Source: a virus. From it: a stretch of DNA of 64,000 nucleotides. The position numbers and the translations under genes were made by a program. The notes under the pieces are model-generated. The model saw only the letters and a list, made by a program, of their open reading frames with translations, searched no databases and had not been told where the DNA came from. Of this stretch, positions 27,615 to 37,350 are shown in pieces (within the stretch, counting starts at the first letter, position 1; each line of letters begins with the position of its first letter). The stretch lies in IMG/VR virus record IMGVR_UViG_3300045988_141012; one strand, 5' to 3'.

Positions 27615-27830
27615 ATGGAACTATATAACTCAATAACACAAAAAACATATGACCCAGAACAATGTGTATTTTTTGAAAATGCGTTGCAAAGTAATGCTTA
27701 TGTGTTTAGAGGAAATGCAGAATTAAAAGCAATTTTGGATTCAAAACAGAATCCTGGAAGATTTGTTTTTGTGTTTTCAAAAGAAGACCATGCGAGATTG
27801 AAAAAAGCATGGAATAATCATGAACTATAA
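27615..27830 (+). CDS. hypothetical protein (71 aa)
   Basis: SD AAAAGGAGA. Confidence 0.5.
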   Translation: MELYNSITQKTYDPEQCVFFENALQSNAYVFRGNAELKAILDSKQNPGRFVFVFSKEDHARLKKAWNNHEL

Positions 27831-27961
27831 TGGTGAGATTTTAATTATCTCACCTATAAAAATATCTCTACTAAACTTAGTTCAGCCGTTTAGCAGGGGT
27901 ATTTTTTTTGAGAGCAAAAGGCTGAACTGCTCTCCCCTTGACCAAATGATAAGGAGATTTT

Positions 27962-28435
27962 ATGAAAGATACAATTTTAGTAGGTTTGGATACTTCCTCA
28001 ACTAAAACAGGTTGGAGTTACTACGTCAATGGAAACTTTACCGACAGTGGAGTTTTAAATTTTAGCAAACAAAAGAATAGCGATATTCGTATGCAAGACA
28101 TGGTGAATTCCATATATGAGAAATTATCTGCTTTAAAAGTAGATATAGTGGCGATTGAAACTACAGCTGTTACGCGTAACGCATCGTCACAAAGAATGTT
28201 AACTATGATTTTAGGTGCTGTTTATGGTTGGTGTGTTAATAACAATGTTGAATTTGTTATGTTTAGACCGAGCGAATGGCGTGCTTTGATTAGCAACGAG
28301 AAAAAAGGTCATAAACGTGACGAATTAAAACAATGGAGTGTTCAAACAGTTGAAAAGTTATTTAATAAAAAAGTCAACGATGACGAAGCGGATGCAATCT
28401 TAATCGCACAAGCTTTAGTCAATAAGTATGAATAA
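27962..28435 (+). CDS. RuvC-like Holliday junction resolvase
   Basis: VGLDTSSTKTGWS (D), VAIETT (E) and DDEADAILIA (D) occur in RuvC order; 157 aa. Confidence 0.75.
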   Translation: MKDTILVGLDTSSTKTGWSYYVNGNFTDSGVLNFSKQKNSDIRMQDMVNSIYEKLSALKVDIVAIETTAVTRNASSQRMLTMILGAVYGWCVNNNVEFVMFRPSEWRALISNEKKGHKRDELKQWSVQTVEKLFNKKVNDDEADAILIAQALVNKYE

Positions 28436-28451
28436 ATGGAGGATTTTAGAT

Positions 28452-29042
28452 ATGGATAAGATTATTACAGTTAAAGAATTTGTAGACGGATATAAGAAAC
28501 AGACTGATGATGTAACTAACAAGAAAGAAAAGTACATAAAAAAGTTTGTTGGTGATAATTATGTGAACTACGCAACTAAATTATCTGTTGCCGATCAAAT
28601 AGTACAATTATCATCTACAAATCAAGTAGACGGTCAAGTTAATGGACAGATTAAGATAAACTCATCTTTGCGTTACTTACTGTATGTGTTTAATTTGATT
28701 GATTTATACACGAATATAACAGTTGATTTTTCAAACATTCTTGAAGAATATGATTTGTTGGAAGAACAATGTTTGGTTGATGAACTCATTCGACTTATGC
28801 CACAACGTGAAGTTACTTCTTTTGAAACAATTTTGAAAATGGTATTTAATGACTTCATTCAAAATAATTATGAGAATCATGCTTTTATTTCTAATCAAGT
28901 TCAAAGAATAGTGGATATTTTTACAGCTACTACTTCCCCATTGATTGAGAAGATAAAAGAAAAAGTTGAAAATATGACTGAAGAAGATATAGATAAACTT
29001 GGTCATAAGGTTGAGAAGATTCTAAAAAAGATAAGCAGATAA
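28452..29042 (+). CDS. hypothetical protein (196 aa; possible tail assembly chaperone by position)
   Basis: ATG 28452 follows GGAGGA. Confidence 0.4.
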   Translation: MDKIITVKEFVDGYKKQTDDVTNKKEKYIKKFVGDNYVNYATKLSVADQIVQLSSTNQVDGQVNGQIKINSSLRYLLYVFNLIDLYTNITVDFSNILEEYDLLEEQCLVDELIRLMPQREVTSFETILKMVFNDFIQNNYENHAFISNQVQRIVDIFTATTSPLIEKIKEKVENMTEEDIDKLGHKVEKILKKISR

Positions 29043-29071
29043 ATGGCAGAGAAAGGAGTGTGATTACACAG

Positions 29072-29587
29072 ATGGCTATATCTTATATAAACAAAAAAGC
29101 ATTAGAGAAAGATGTAGAAAAATATTTAAACACATTTGCAAAGGTATATGCTGATGCAGCTGCAAATGAAATAACAAAGTTTGCACAACAAGCAATTCAA
29201 AGATTCTATGATAATTACACTCCAAAATATTATGACAGAACGGATGATTTACGAGACAATTCATTCTCACGCTATAAACATAATAATGGAAGACAATATT
29301 ATGGTGGTGTAAGAATATCCACTCACAATATGAGTCCTTATGTTGTTGGTGGTTTAAATAATCGAAGATTTATTGACCCATTTTATATTGCTCAACCAGC
29401 ATGGGAGAAAGGCATTCACGGAAGTGCGAGTGGAATTGATGGAAGATATCCTGTCATACAGGATAAACAATCTCCTATAGACTATATACTTGGGAAAATG
29501 AATGAAGAAAGATTCCAAGATGATATAAAACAAGTTGGTTATAATGCGGCAATTAAACAACAATATCAATTGTTACGTTTCAAATAA
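29072..29587 (+). CDS. hypothetical protein (171 aa)
   Basis: ORF from the track. ATG 29072 is preferred to GTG 29060, which lies 1 nt after the SD. Confidence 0.45.
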   Translation: MAISYINKKALEKDVEKYLNTFAKVYADAAANEITKFAQQAIQRFYDNYTPKYYDRTDDLRDNSFSRYKHNNGRQYYGGVRISTHNMSPYVVGGLNNRRFIDPFYIAQPAWEKGIHGSASGIDGRYPVIQDKQSPIDYILGKMNEERFQDDIKQVGYNAAIKQQYQLLRFK

Positions 29588-29604
29588 TATAAGGAGGAAA
29601 TTGA

Positions 29605-32600
29605 ATGGCAAATAAAAATGTTGCAATATTGTCTTTAATGGCACAAGCAGACAATAAAAGTATTAAACAAGCTGTTAATAGCATGGATAAGGCATTACAG
29701 TCTGAAGTTGAAGGAAAGTTTAGTTCGATTGGTGATGAAATAGGAAAACAAGCCGAGGATGCACTAAAAATTTTGAACAGAACTACTTTAAAAGATGTCA
29801 AAGTTACACAACCTGTTAGTGATTTCTTTTTAAATATTTTACGATCAACCTCCGCTGACGATGCTTTGAATTATATTACCGATTTTGCAAATAGAATGGA
29901 AGCATTGCATTCGGTTGTAAAGGAAAGTAAGTTTAATGATTTATTAAATCCTTTGTCGGAGAATCAGATATCTAAATTGTTGTCAGAAGTTGATGAGATT
30001 GCAAAACTCAAACAAAACATAGCAAATAGAAAGGCAAATCTTGTCGAATATAGGAAACAAATTATAGACGCAAATCCGGCACAAACAACCCCTGCCAAAG
30101 CACTTAAACCATATGTCAAAAAAGAGTCTGGTTATACTGTTGATAATAATATTTCTCCGGAACTGTCAGATTTTGTTTCGTCAAATATTGATAAATCAAG
30201 TGAAGATATAAATAAAAAAATTCAACAATATCAACTTTTGTTAAATGTTTTTGAAAAGTTAAATCTTGAAAAAAAACATATGTCAGAAGGATCGGAAGAA
30301 TTAGTTGGTTATAATAATCAATTACAATATGTTTATAATCAAATATTAAAGAAAGAAAAGGCAATTCCTAAATTAAAAGAATTTAGAGAGTCTTTGGCAC
30401 AAAGTGATTCTAAATATGATTTTTTTGACAGAGACCTTGAATATTATAAAAATAACACTAGAGATGCAGCTGATGAATATATCAAAAAACAAAATCGCAT
30501 AGATAATAGCACAATCACAGATATTAGGAGTAAATTGATTGACAAAGCCTTTCAATTTAACGAAAGTTCCGTAGCACGTATTAACGCCAAAAGAGAAAAG
30601 GCTGGATTAAATAACGTTGCCAGACAAAGCGATATGAACGATTCATCTGATTCTGATAATTCAGGAACTGATACTGTTGCAGAGTTGACGAAATCTCAAC
30701 AAAGAATAGCTGACATTCTGAAAATGGATTACGATACTGCTTATAAGAAGATGAGGGAGATACATGAGAAGCTTGTAAAAGACGAAGATTATGAACCTGC
30801 AAAAAAAGAACGTGAAGATTTTTTTGCATTATATGATAGACTTAAAACTGAAGCCCCAGATACTAATATGTTCATTAGTGATGGGAAGGATCGGATTGGT
30901 CTTGATGACACATACGACATGATGAGTACTACATATCCGACTCTCAAAGAGAAACAATTAGCTGATATTCAAAAAGTAAAAGATGTGTTGTCCCAAACTA
31001 ATACAGAGATCAATGTAACCAATTCGGAGCTTAATGTAACTGACGAACAACTATCTAATATAAAAAATAAAATATCAGATATTCGTAAATTAAGTAATGA
31101 AGATTTACTGAAAAAAGTTCAAGAGAGTTCGGATAATATTAGGCTTGCAATAGGTAACGGAAAAGATGTTAATGAAGATGACCTTCGTGAGTTTATTGCT
31201 TTAAGAGAACGTTACAATGAATTGCTTGAAAGTGATGAAGTTGGAGAAAGTTATAAAAATAGTCAATCTAGTATAGATAGGACTTTTAATAAAATCATTG
31301 AACAACATAACGCTGATTATGAAGCAATCATTAATCATCAAAAGGAACTTATTCAGGAAATAGAACAAATCACTCCACCAGAAGTCTCGACGAATGATAT
31401 TAAAGAAGATTCTATAAATGAACCCCCTAAAGAATCCTTAAAAGAAAAAACATCCACCCCACAAAATAATCAATCGGAACTACGGGATTTATATTCGAAA
31501 CTTCAAAAGAGCATGATGGATATCGTATTTAAAGAACGCTCGCCACAAGGAGTTGGAGAAGATGACATTCGTGATTTTATTACATCAAGAGAACATTTTA
31601 ATGAATTACTTCAAAGTAGTGATGTTGGAGAAAACTATAAGGATAAAAAATCAAAGATAGACGATTTTTTTAAGAGGATTACTGAACAATATAACATTGA
31701 TTATGAAAAAATTATCAGTCAACAAGAGGAACTTCTTGAAGAAACAAAGCAACTGTCTACCAGTGAAGATTTCAAGGAAGCGTCTAAGGAAAAACCTAAA
31801 GAAGTAATTAAAGAAGAGCCTAAAGAAGCGATCAAAGAAGAAACATTAAATGTCCCAAATGAAAGTTCTGATGTTTCGTCTGAAGCAACTTCTTTTGAAG
31901 GCTTAAAAACCGCAATCACTCAAGTCACTTCGGCAGTAGATAAAAAGACACAGGCATTTAAAGAAGAAGAACAAGTTGTTACTGGTACTGTTCAGAGGGA
32001 GATTAATTCATTAGATGTTTTAATTGGTACATTGGTAACCATTCAAGAACATATAGAAAAAATCAAAGCCTCGGCGACAGAATTACAAAATATTAATATA
32101 GGTAATGTTTCACCTCAACCCAAAACAACTGCAACAGAAAATTCTTCAAACAATAAACCAGAAAAACTTCAAAACGATTTAAAGACAACTCAATCCAATG
32201 CAGAAACACTTAATCAAACCTTAAAAGAAATCAAAGAAAATTCTACTATTTCTATTAAAATAAAAGCACCTGAAGAAGTCACCTCTAAACTTATAACTCA
32301 ACTAGAAGCTTTAAAGAAAATTTTAGATAATGATTGGTTAAGTAAGGTTCAAGAATTATCTAAGCTTAAAGAATTAAAGAATTTAGGCATTACCGACAAG
32401 GCATTGGACAAGTTTAAAAATCTTAAAACTGGTCTTGACGGTATAGTAAAGAGTTTTAATAAGATTAATGATGGTGGTTTTGCTTTCTTAGATAATCTTA
32501 CAATTTTAGCTCAACAAGGCGAAGCTCTTAAAGATTTAACTACTTTGCTTAAAACAAGCCAAAGTCAATTAACAAATGCACGTAATACAGTAAACAATAA

Positions 32601-35139
32601 TAAGAACTTTATTGATGAAGATGTTTATGATAACAATTCGGAGCAATGGTTAAAGGATAATGTTGATGCTTTAAGTAATAATAGCAAATACATAGGGGTT
32701 TTGGATGCTGAAATTTCTCGTGCCTCAAACGGTATGGTTAAATTCACCGCCAATGTAAAAAATGCTAAAAATGAATGGCAAAAATTAAGTGGTACAGTTA
32801 AGGCAGATGGAAGTCTTACTAATATTTCTTTGAAGAACATACAAGGTAAACAAGCGAATAATCTTGACAATGTTCTTAATGGCAATTCTAACACTTCTCA
32901 ACTATCTAATAAGGAAGATATTTTAAAAGATATTGAGAAGTCACTAAAAACGATTTATGATTATCGCGTTAAGATAGCTTCAACTAACGATACTGATACT
33001 TTAAATGATTTACAATCCAAGTTAAGTTCAGAAGAACAACAATACAAGCAATTGGTTGATAATTACAAAACAAATTATTCTGCACACCCAAATGACTTAG
33101 ATGATGACTTTAGAAATGTTGTCAAACCTGTTAAAGTGAAGGGTAGGAAAAATATAAGAGTTGCTAGTGCAGATGCTATTTTAGATAAAATAACAGAGCA
33201 ACAAGCAGAAGTATCAAAGCTTAAAAACCTCGACGGTAGCATATTCAAGTATGAAGGAGACAACTCATTTGATGATTATCTTCAAGACCAAGAAAATAAA
33301 TTAAATGAATTAATAAAAAAATATAAGCAATATGGCGATGTTGTTCAAGATGTTCAGCAAAAGATAGAAGATACAAAAGTAAACGGTTCAAACGAGGGAA
33401 CATCACAAGCAGACACCCTTAGAGCAAACTATGAGTCTGTAAATAAGATACGTGGAGAGCTTAAAAATGGTAATCAACAAGGTTTTCTTGAGCAATATTA
33501 CGTGAGGGCTAACAAGGCTGTCACAAAGTTGATTGGTAAGCAACAACAAGGTGAAGAAATAACAAAAAAAGAACTTCAAAATGTTCAGAGCCTATATAAC
33601 GAGTATAAGAAAATAGCGAATGCCGGCACACCTCTTGCAGACAATATAAGAGGTAAAGTTAATGCCGATAGTTATATCTTAAATAATGCTAAGCAACAAG
33701 GAACTATAATTTCTCAAGGTGAGTTCAAGGAAACCGACATTTCAAAGGGTCTTGCAACTACTATTATTAAAATCCGTAATGCAAAGGGTGAAATTAGAGA
33801 CCTTCAATATACTTGGCATGACGGTATGATTAGCATGGCTGATAATACCAAGAAAGTTCAAACTTCTTTAGTTGGCGTTCCAAAAATTATGGACGCACTT
33901 TCTAAAAAGTCTAAAGAGTTAATTACATATTGGACGGCTAATTACATAAATCCTTATAAGATAATCGAAATGATTCAAAAAGGTGTCAATATTGTAAAGG
34001 AACTTGATACTGCCCTTGTTGACCTTCGTAAGACTACAACAATGTCTTCGACAGATTTGAAAGATTTCTATTCTGATGCTAATGAGGCAGCAAAAGAGTA
34101 CGGCGTTACAACTAAACAGATTATTGATCAAGCAAGTTCATGGAGTAGACTAGGTTATTCAGACAAGAACAGTGCTACAGAAATGGCAAAATTAAGTTCA
34201 CAATTTGCTACTATCTCTCCTGGAATGGATATAGATAAAGCCACAACAGGATTAGTATCTACGATGAAAGCCTTTGACGTTCAAGTAGATGATGTTAAAG
34301 ACGGAATTATGTCAAAGATTAATTCTGTTGGTAATGCATTTGCTACAAGTAATGACGAAATTATTGACGGTCTGGAACGTTCGGCTTCAGCAATGGCTTC
34401 AACCGGTGCAAGTTTGGAAGATACTATTGCTATTTTTACAGGCGGTCAAGAAATCGTACAAAATGCTGAAAGTGTTGGTTCGGCAATGAAAACCTTCTCA
34501 ATGCGTATTAGAGGTATGGATGAAGAAGGTGAAGCCCTTGACGAATTATCAAATGTCAAAGGTGACGTATATGAGCTAACTAACGGTAAAGTTAGTATCA
34601 TGAAAGATGAAAATACATATCGCAGTATTTACGATATTCTAAAAGATATAGCAGGAGTTTGGGACGACATTACTGATAAAAACAAAGCCAAATTACTTGA
34701 AAAATTATTTGCAAAAACAAGAGCAAATACAGGTGCTGCTATTCTTCAAAACTGGGATCAGGTTGAAAAAGCCGTTAAAACAATGGAAGACAGTGCTGGA
34801 AGTGCTGATAATGAAATGAGCATAGCGGCTGATAGTATTGAATTTAAACTAAATAAGCTATCACAAACTTGGGTAAGTTTTGCCCAAGATACTTTATCAC
34901 AAAATTCATTAAAGGGAACGATTTCTCTTTTAACAGGATTATCACAAACACTTACTGGAATTTTGGGTGTAATTCAAAACATCACATCTCTTGGGGGAAT
35001 ATTACCAAGTGGTGGATTGCTTGGAGACTTGGGAATTGCATCTGGCTTTGTGATGAATAAAATGGGTATTGGTAAACGTACAGTTTCAGTGGTAATGTAC
35101 TGTGCCCACCCCTCTAAGATTATGTATAATGTCACATAA
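29605..35139 (+). CDS. tail tape measure protein (unspliced ORF 1844 aa; predicted splice donor after U35096)
   Basis: Long coiled-coil N-half with internal duplications. A TP901-type TMP core follows (DLRKTTTMSSTDLKDFYSDANEAAKEYGVTTKQIIDQASSWSRLGY...AMKTFSMRIRG), then a G-rich hydrophobic segment. The last 14 codons lie in the intron. Confidence 0.8.
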   Translation: MANKNVAILSLMAQADNKSIKQAVNSMDKALQSEVEGKFSSIGDEIGKQAEDALKILNRTTLKDVKVTQPVSDFFLNILRSTSADDALNYITDFANRMEALHSVVKESKFNDLLNPLSENQISKLLSEVDEIAKLKQNIANRKANLVEYRKQIIDANPAQTTPAKALKPYVKKESGYTVDNNISPELSDFVSSNIDKSSEDINKKIQQYQLLLNVFEKLNLEKKHMSEGSEELVGYNNQLQYVYNQILKKEKAIPKLKEFRESLAQSDSKYDFFDRDLEYYKNNTRDAADEYIKKQNRIDNSTITDIRSKLIDKAFQFNESSVARINAKREKAGLNNVARQSDMNDSSDSDNSGTDTVAELTKSQQRIADILKMDYDTAYKKMREIHEKLVKDEDYEPAKKEREDFFALYDRLKTEAPDTNMFISDGKDRIGLDDTYDMMSTTYPTLKEKQLADIQKVKDVLSQTNTEINVTNSELNVTDEQLSNIKNKISDIRKLSNEDLLKKVQESSDNIRLAIGNGKDVNEDDLREFIALRERYNELLESDEVGESYKNSQSSIDRTFNKIIEQHNADYEAIINHQKELIQEIEQITPPEVSTNDIKEDSINEPPKESLKEKTSTPQNNQSELRDLYSKLQKSMMDIVFKERSPQGVGEDDIRDFITSREHFNELLQSSDVGENYKDKKSKIDDFFKRITEQYNIDYEKIISQQEELLEETKQLSTSEDFKEASKEKPKEVIKEEPKEAIKEETLNVPNESSDVSSEATSFEGLKTAITQVTSAVDKKTQAFKEEEQVVTGTVQREINSLDVLIGTLVTIQEHIEKIKASATELQNINIGNVSPQPKTTATENSSNNKPEKLQNDLKTTQSNAETLNQTLKEIKENSTISIKIKAPEEVTSKLITQLEALKKILDNDWLSKVQELSKLKELKNLGITDKALDKFKNLKTGLDGIVKSFNKINDGGFAFLDNLTILAQQGEALKDLTTLLKTSQSQLTNARNTVNNNKNFIDEDVYDNNSEQWLKDNVDALSNNSKYIGVLDAEISRASNGMVKFTANVKNAKNEWQKLSGTVKADGSLTNISLKNIQGKQANNLDNVLNGNSNTSQLSNKEDILKDIEKSLKTIYDYRVKIASTNDTDTLNDLQSKLSSEEQQYKQLVDNYKTNYSAHPNDLDDDFRNVVKPVKVKGRKNIRVASADAILDKITEQQAEVSKLKNLDGSIFKYEGDNSFDDYLQDQENKLNELIKKYKQYGDVVQDVQQKIEDTKVNGSNEGTSQADTLRANYESVNKIRGELKNGNQQGFLEQYYVRANKAVTKLIGKQQQGEEITKKELQNVQSLYNEYKKIANAGTPLADNIRGKVNADSYILNNAKQQGTIISQGEFKETDISKGLATTIIKIRNAKGEIRDLQYTWHDGMISMADNTKKVQTSLVGVPKIMDALSKKSKELITYWTANYINPYKIIEMIQKGVNIVKELDTALVDLRKTTTMSSTDLKDFYSDANEAAKEYGVTTKQIIDQASSWSRLGYSDKNSATEMAKLSSQFATISPGMDIDKATTGLVSTMKAFDVQVDDVKDGIMSKINSVGNAFATSNDEIIDGLERSASAMASTGASLEDTIAIFTGGQEIVQNAESVGSAMKTFSMRIRGMDEEGEALDELSNVKGDVYELTNGKVSIMKDENTYRSIYDILKDIAGVWDDITDKNKAKLLEKLFAKTRANTGAAILQNWDQVEKAVKTMEDSAGSADNEMSIAADSIEFKLNKLSQTWVSFAQDTLSQNSLKGTISLLTGLSQTLTGILGVIQNITSLGGILPSGGLLGDLGIASGFVMNKMGIGKRTVSVVMYCAHPSKIMYNVT

Positions 35140-35545
35140 TTAACGGACGGGAGTGTTAGCCACTTAAAATAATGACAGATACCTTATATGATAAATATAA
35201 AAAACCGAATATGCTGGGAACCCTAAAGACTATATACAATCCAAAACAGAGCTGGAAACAACAGATGGAATGGTGACGAAAGTCGGAAAGAAACGTATAT
35301 AGTATGTTATATGACGAGAGTCTAAGTAACATTTTATGCTTTTATAATAAAGGAATGGGTAGTCAACAGGTAGGCTTATGCCGAAAGCAGGGAAAGACTA
35401 AGTTCTTAATTGAATATTATGTGAGGTCACAACTCATTGTCTTAACCCCCAGAGACTGACAAGGTTTGGCAAAGATACAGACATAATTGTATATTTGCTG
35501 TGAAATACAGTCCGAACCTTGGGAAACCAAGTTGTGTGTAATTAT
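35097..35545 (+). ncRNA. group I intron catalytic core
   Basis: AUGCUGGGAACCCUAAAG (35211-) is a P3/P4-like element shared with the other two introns. The R-like element ACAGACAUAAU is at 35477-35487 and the P8 hairpin at 35488-35509. The S-like element AUACAGUCCGAACC is at 35505-35518 (compare Tetrahymena AUAUAGUCGGACC). A GNRA hairpin CUUGG-GAAA-CCAAG is at 35518-35531. Confidence 0.6.
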
Positions 35546-35596
35546 ATTAATAGCTTCCGAAAATATTAGTATGATTATAATAATTAAATTAAATAT

Positions 35597-35624
35597 ATTG
35601 ACTTTTCACTTAAATGTGATATAA
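35597..35624 (+). promoter_or_regulatory. sigma-A promoter TTGACT-16 nt-TATAAT with TG extension
   Basis: TTGACT at 35597-35602; TGTGATATAAT ends at 35624. Confidence 0.6.
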
Positions 35625-35630
35625 TATTTA

Positions 35631-35754
35631 TAGAAATAAAAAATGTGGAAACCTAAGACGGTTGCCACAACTGATAATGTTTACACTTATTTGAGATTAT
35701 TTAATCTCAATTATAGTGAGCCAATCTGTTGCAGCAGACGGCTCACTTTTTCTT
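35631..35754 (+). ncRNA. ~120-nt small RNA with three hairpins and its own promoter and terminator; antisense to the 3' part of the minus-strand toxin-like transcript
   Basis: Hairpins: TGTGG/CCACA (35644-35669), TTGAGATT/AATCTCAA (35691-35710) and GTGAGCC/GGCTCAC (35715-35745), followed by TTTTTCTTT. No SD-preceded ORF is present. Confidence 0.5.
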
Positions 35755-35837
35755 TATAATCGCTATTATGTCTTTTATAATTTGATAAATCAAACTTAAA
35801 ATACCACAAATAGCAGCTATATTTACTAAAGTAATTA
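35742..35837 (-). CDS. 31-aa hydrophobic peptide ending KKK (type I toxin-like); AUA/AUU start
   Basis: Minus-strand GAAAGGAGG (35853-35845), then 7 nt, then ATA ATT ... giving (M)ITLVNIAAICGILSLIYQIIKDIIAIIKKK. The stop lies inside the bidirectional hairpin. A minus-strand terminator (hairpin 35669-35644 followed by T-rich TTTTTTATTTCT) lies further downstream. Confidence 0.4.
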
Positions 35838-36087
35838 TGTATCAGCCTCCTTTCAAGAAAATTTCTCGTCAAGAGCTTATACACAGCCTCCATTCCGCTC
35901 AAGCGAGATGAAAGGCAACCGTCATAAACCGTCATACCGTCTACAAAGATGGAGAAAACTCAACTGTATGACGGTATGATTTCCACAACATTATTATATC
36001 AAATTCAACATTAACTGTCAATATATTCTTGTTTGAGCGTATTTTCGGATACGTTCTTTTTGTATGTAACTAAATCATAATAACAAC

Positions 36088-36116
36088 TTTACAACTTATT
36101 TACAATTATTTATAAT
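36088..36116 (+). promoter_or_regulatory. promoter TTTACA-17 nt-TATAAT
   Basis: -35 at 36088-36093 and -10 at 36111-36116. Confidence 0.45.
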
Positions 36117-36163
36117 GTATTGCTATATAATGCCATATATTATATAATTATAGAGAAAACATT

Positions 36164-36373
36164 ATGAAAAAGGATGAGATAAAAATGTATGAATTAACTG
36201 AACAAAAGAAGAATGATATATCTGTCTACGGTATTAAATATGGGAATTTGCAGATAGATGATATATCTGCCGATAAGGATAGGGTTAAAAAATTTGTTAA
36301 CGATATAAATAAGTATCAACTCTCCCCTATTCATTTGGGTGATGTTGTAGAGGATTTTGTGGCGAGTATGTAA
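36164..36373 (+). CDS. small hypothetical protein (69 aa; alternative start 36185)
   Basis: ISADKDRVKKFVNDINKYQLSPIHLGDVVEDFV resembles small DUF6514-type clostridial proteins (recollection, low certainty). AAGGATGAG precedes ATG 36185. Confidence 0.5.
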   Translation: MKKDEIKMYELTEQKKNDISVYGIKYGNLQIDDISADKDRVKKFVNDINKYQLSPIHLGDVVEDFVASM

Positions 36374-36412
36374 TTAAAAATTATCAAAATAAAGTTAAAT
36401 ATTGCATTTTTC

Positions 36413-36441
36413 TTGTAAATATTTTATCTTTGTGATATAAT
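36413..36441 (+). promoter_or_regulatory. promoter TTGTAA-17 nt-TATAAT (TGTGATATAAT)
   Basis: -35 at 36413-36418 and -10 at 36436-36441. Confidence 0.55.
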
Positions 36442-36478
36442 ATTGTTAGATTTTATCGAAAACAAGGAAGTGGATATT

Positions 36479-37216
36479 ATGGCAACTGATAACGAATACA
36501 TATTATTTTTAGATGAAACTGACACTAATGAATCTAACCAATACTTTTGTTTGGCTGGTTTTATTATTAGTAGACAAGAATATGAAAATATTTTAATTCC
36601 TCAAATTAACGAATTAAAAATGAATATATTAAATTTGCCTCATGTCGTTTTTCATTATAAAGATATGAGACAACAAGATAAGGATTTCAAAATTTTAGAT
36701 AATAGTAAATTAAGAGATAATTTTTGGCGAAAATTATGTAATATATTAAAAAATATAAATATAACTACACTCGCTGCATATATTGATGGTGTTAGTTACC
36801 GAAAAAATTATTCTAAAAATATCGCATTATCAGAGTACAATGTTTTATTTAATGAAATAATTAATTCTTTTGTAAATTTTTTACTTAAGAATAATGGAGA
36901 TGGAACTATTATCGTAGAGAGTAGGAATTTGACACAAAATAGAAGCACGCAAAAGTTATATACCACAATGACTCAAACAGGCACTAACATTTATCTTCCG
37001 ACAACAATAAAGAGAAAGATTTCAACTTTGAATTTTAACATAAAAAAAGATAATTGTATAGGACTTCAGATTGCAGATATGATACCTTTGGTTTTGGTTC
37101 GTCGTATTCATGGCAAGTCTAATCCTTATACTTTATATAATATTTTTAGTTCTAAATTGTATAAAAACAATCAATCTTCGGTTGATGGTTATGGTTTTAT
37201 AAAAGTTTTAAGATAA
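36479..37216 (+). CDS. DUF3800-like protein
   Basis: N-terminal YILFLDETDTNES...FCLAGFII (YIDESG-type motif) and C-terminal LQIADMIPLVL. ATG 36479 follows AAGGAAGTGG. The track's TTG 36443 sits immediately after the -10 box (36436-41), at or upstream of the expected TSS. Confidence 0.5.
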   Translation: MATDNEYILFLDETDTNESNQYFCLAGFIISRQEYENILIPQINELKMNILNLPHVVFHYKDMRQQDKDFKILDNSKLRDNFWRKLCNILKNINITTLAAYIDGVSYRKNYSKNIALSEYNVLFNEIINSFVNFLLKNNGDGTIIVESRNLTQNRSTQKLYTTMTQTGTNIYLPTTIKRKISTLNFNIKKDNCIGLQIADMIPLVLVRRIHGKSNPYTLYNIFSSKLYKNNQSSVDGYGFIKVLR

Positions 37217-37220
37217 TTTA

Positions 37221-37249
37221 TTGACAAATATCATATAATATGATATACT
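37221..37249 (+). promoter_or_regulatory. promoter TTGACA-17 nt-TATACT
   Basis: -35 at 37221-37226 and -10 at 37244-37249 (TGATATACT). Confidence 0.55.
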
Positions 37250-37262
37250 TTCATTGTAGATA

Positions 37263-37322
37263 AGAACGGTGTAACTGTCGCTTATTTACGTTTCTTGTGT
37301 ATAGAACGGTGTAACTGTCGCT
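37263..37322 (+). repeat. two perfect 20-nt direct repeats AGAACGGTGTAACTGTCGCT, 40 nt apart, plus a third GGTGTAAC core at 37356-37363
   Basis: Copies at 37263-37282 and 37303-37322. They lie in a transcribed leader between a promoter and a terminator. Confidence 0.8.
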
Positions 37323-37350
37323 ATATGTAAGTCATGAAATGGAGGTAGAG

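Noticed and set aside
27820-28005. 61-aa ORF overlapping the start of the RuvC-like gene
   Set aside because: It has no SD, spans a structured intergenic region and overlaps two better-supported genes.
35097-35565. Alternative model: a short intron ending near G35538, with a 10-codon 3' exon (INYINSFRKY)
   Set aside because: It cannot be excluded from sequence alone. However, it leaves the 2107-aa ORF without a start codon or SD, and it ignores the long-range helix and the UUCAG end at 39067. It is listed as the main competing hypothesis.
35711-35935. 74-aa minus-strand ORF from the track
   Set aside because: Its ATG has no SD, and the strong GAAAGGAGG lies inside it. The composition is not protein-like. 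The SD-proximal 31-codon frame gives a clean TM peptide instead.
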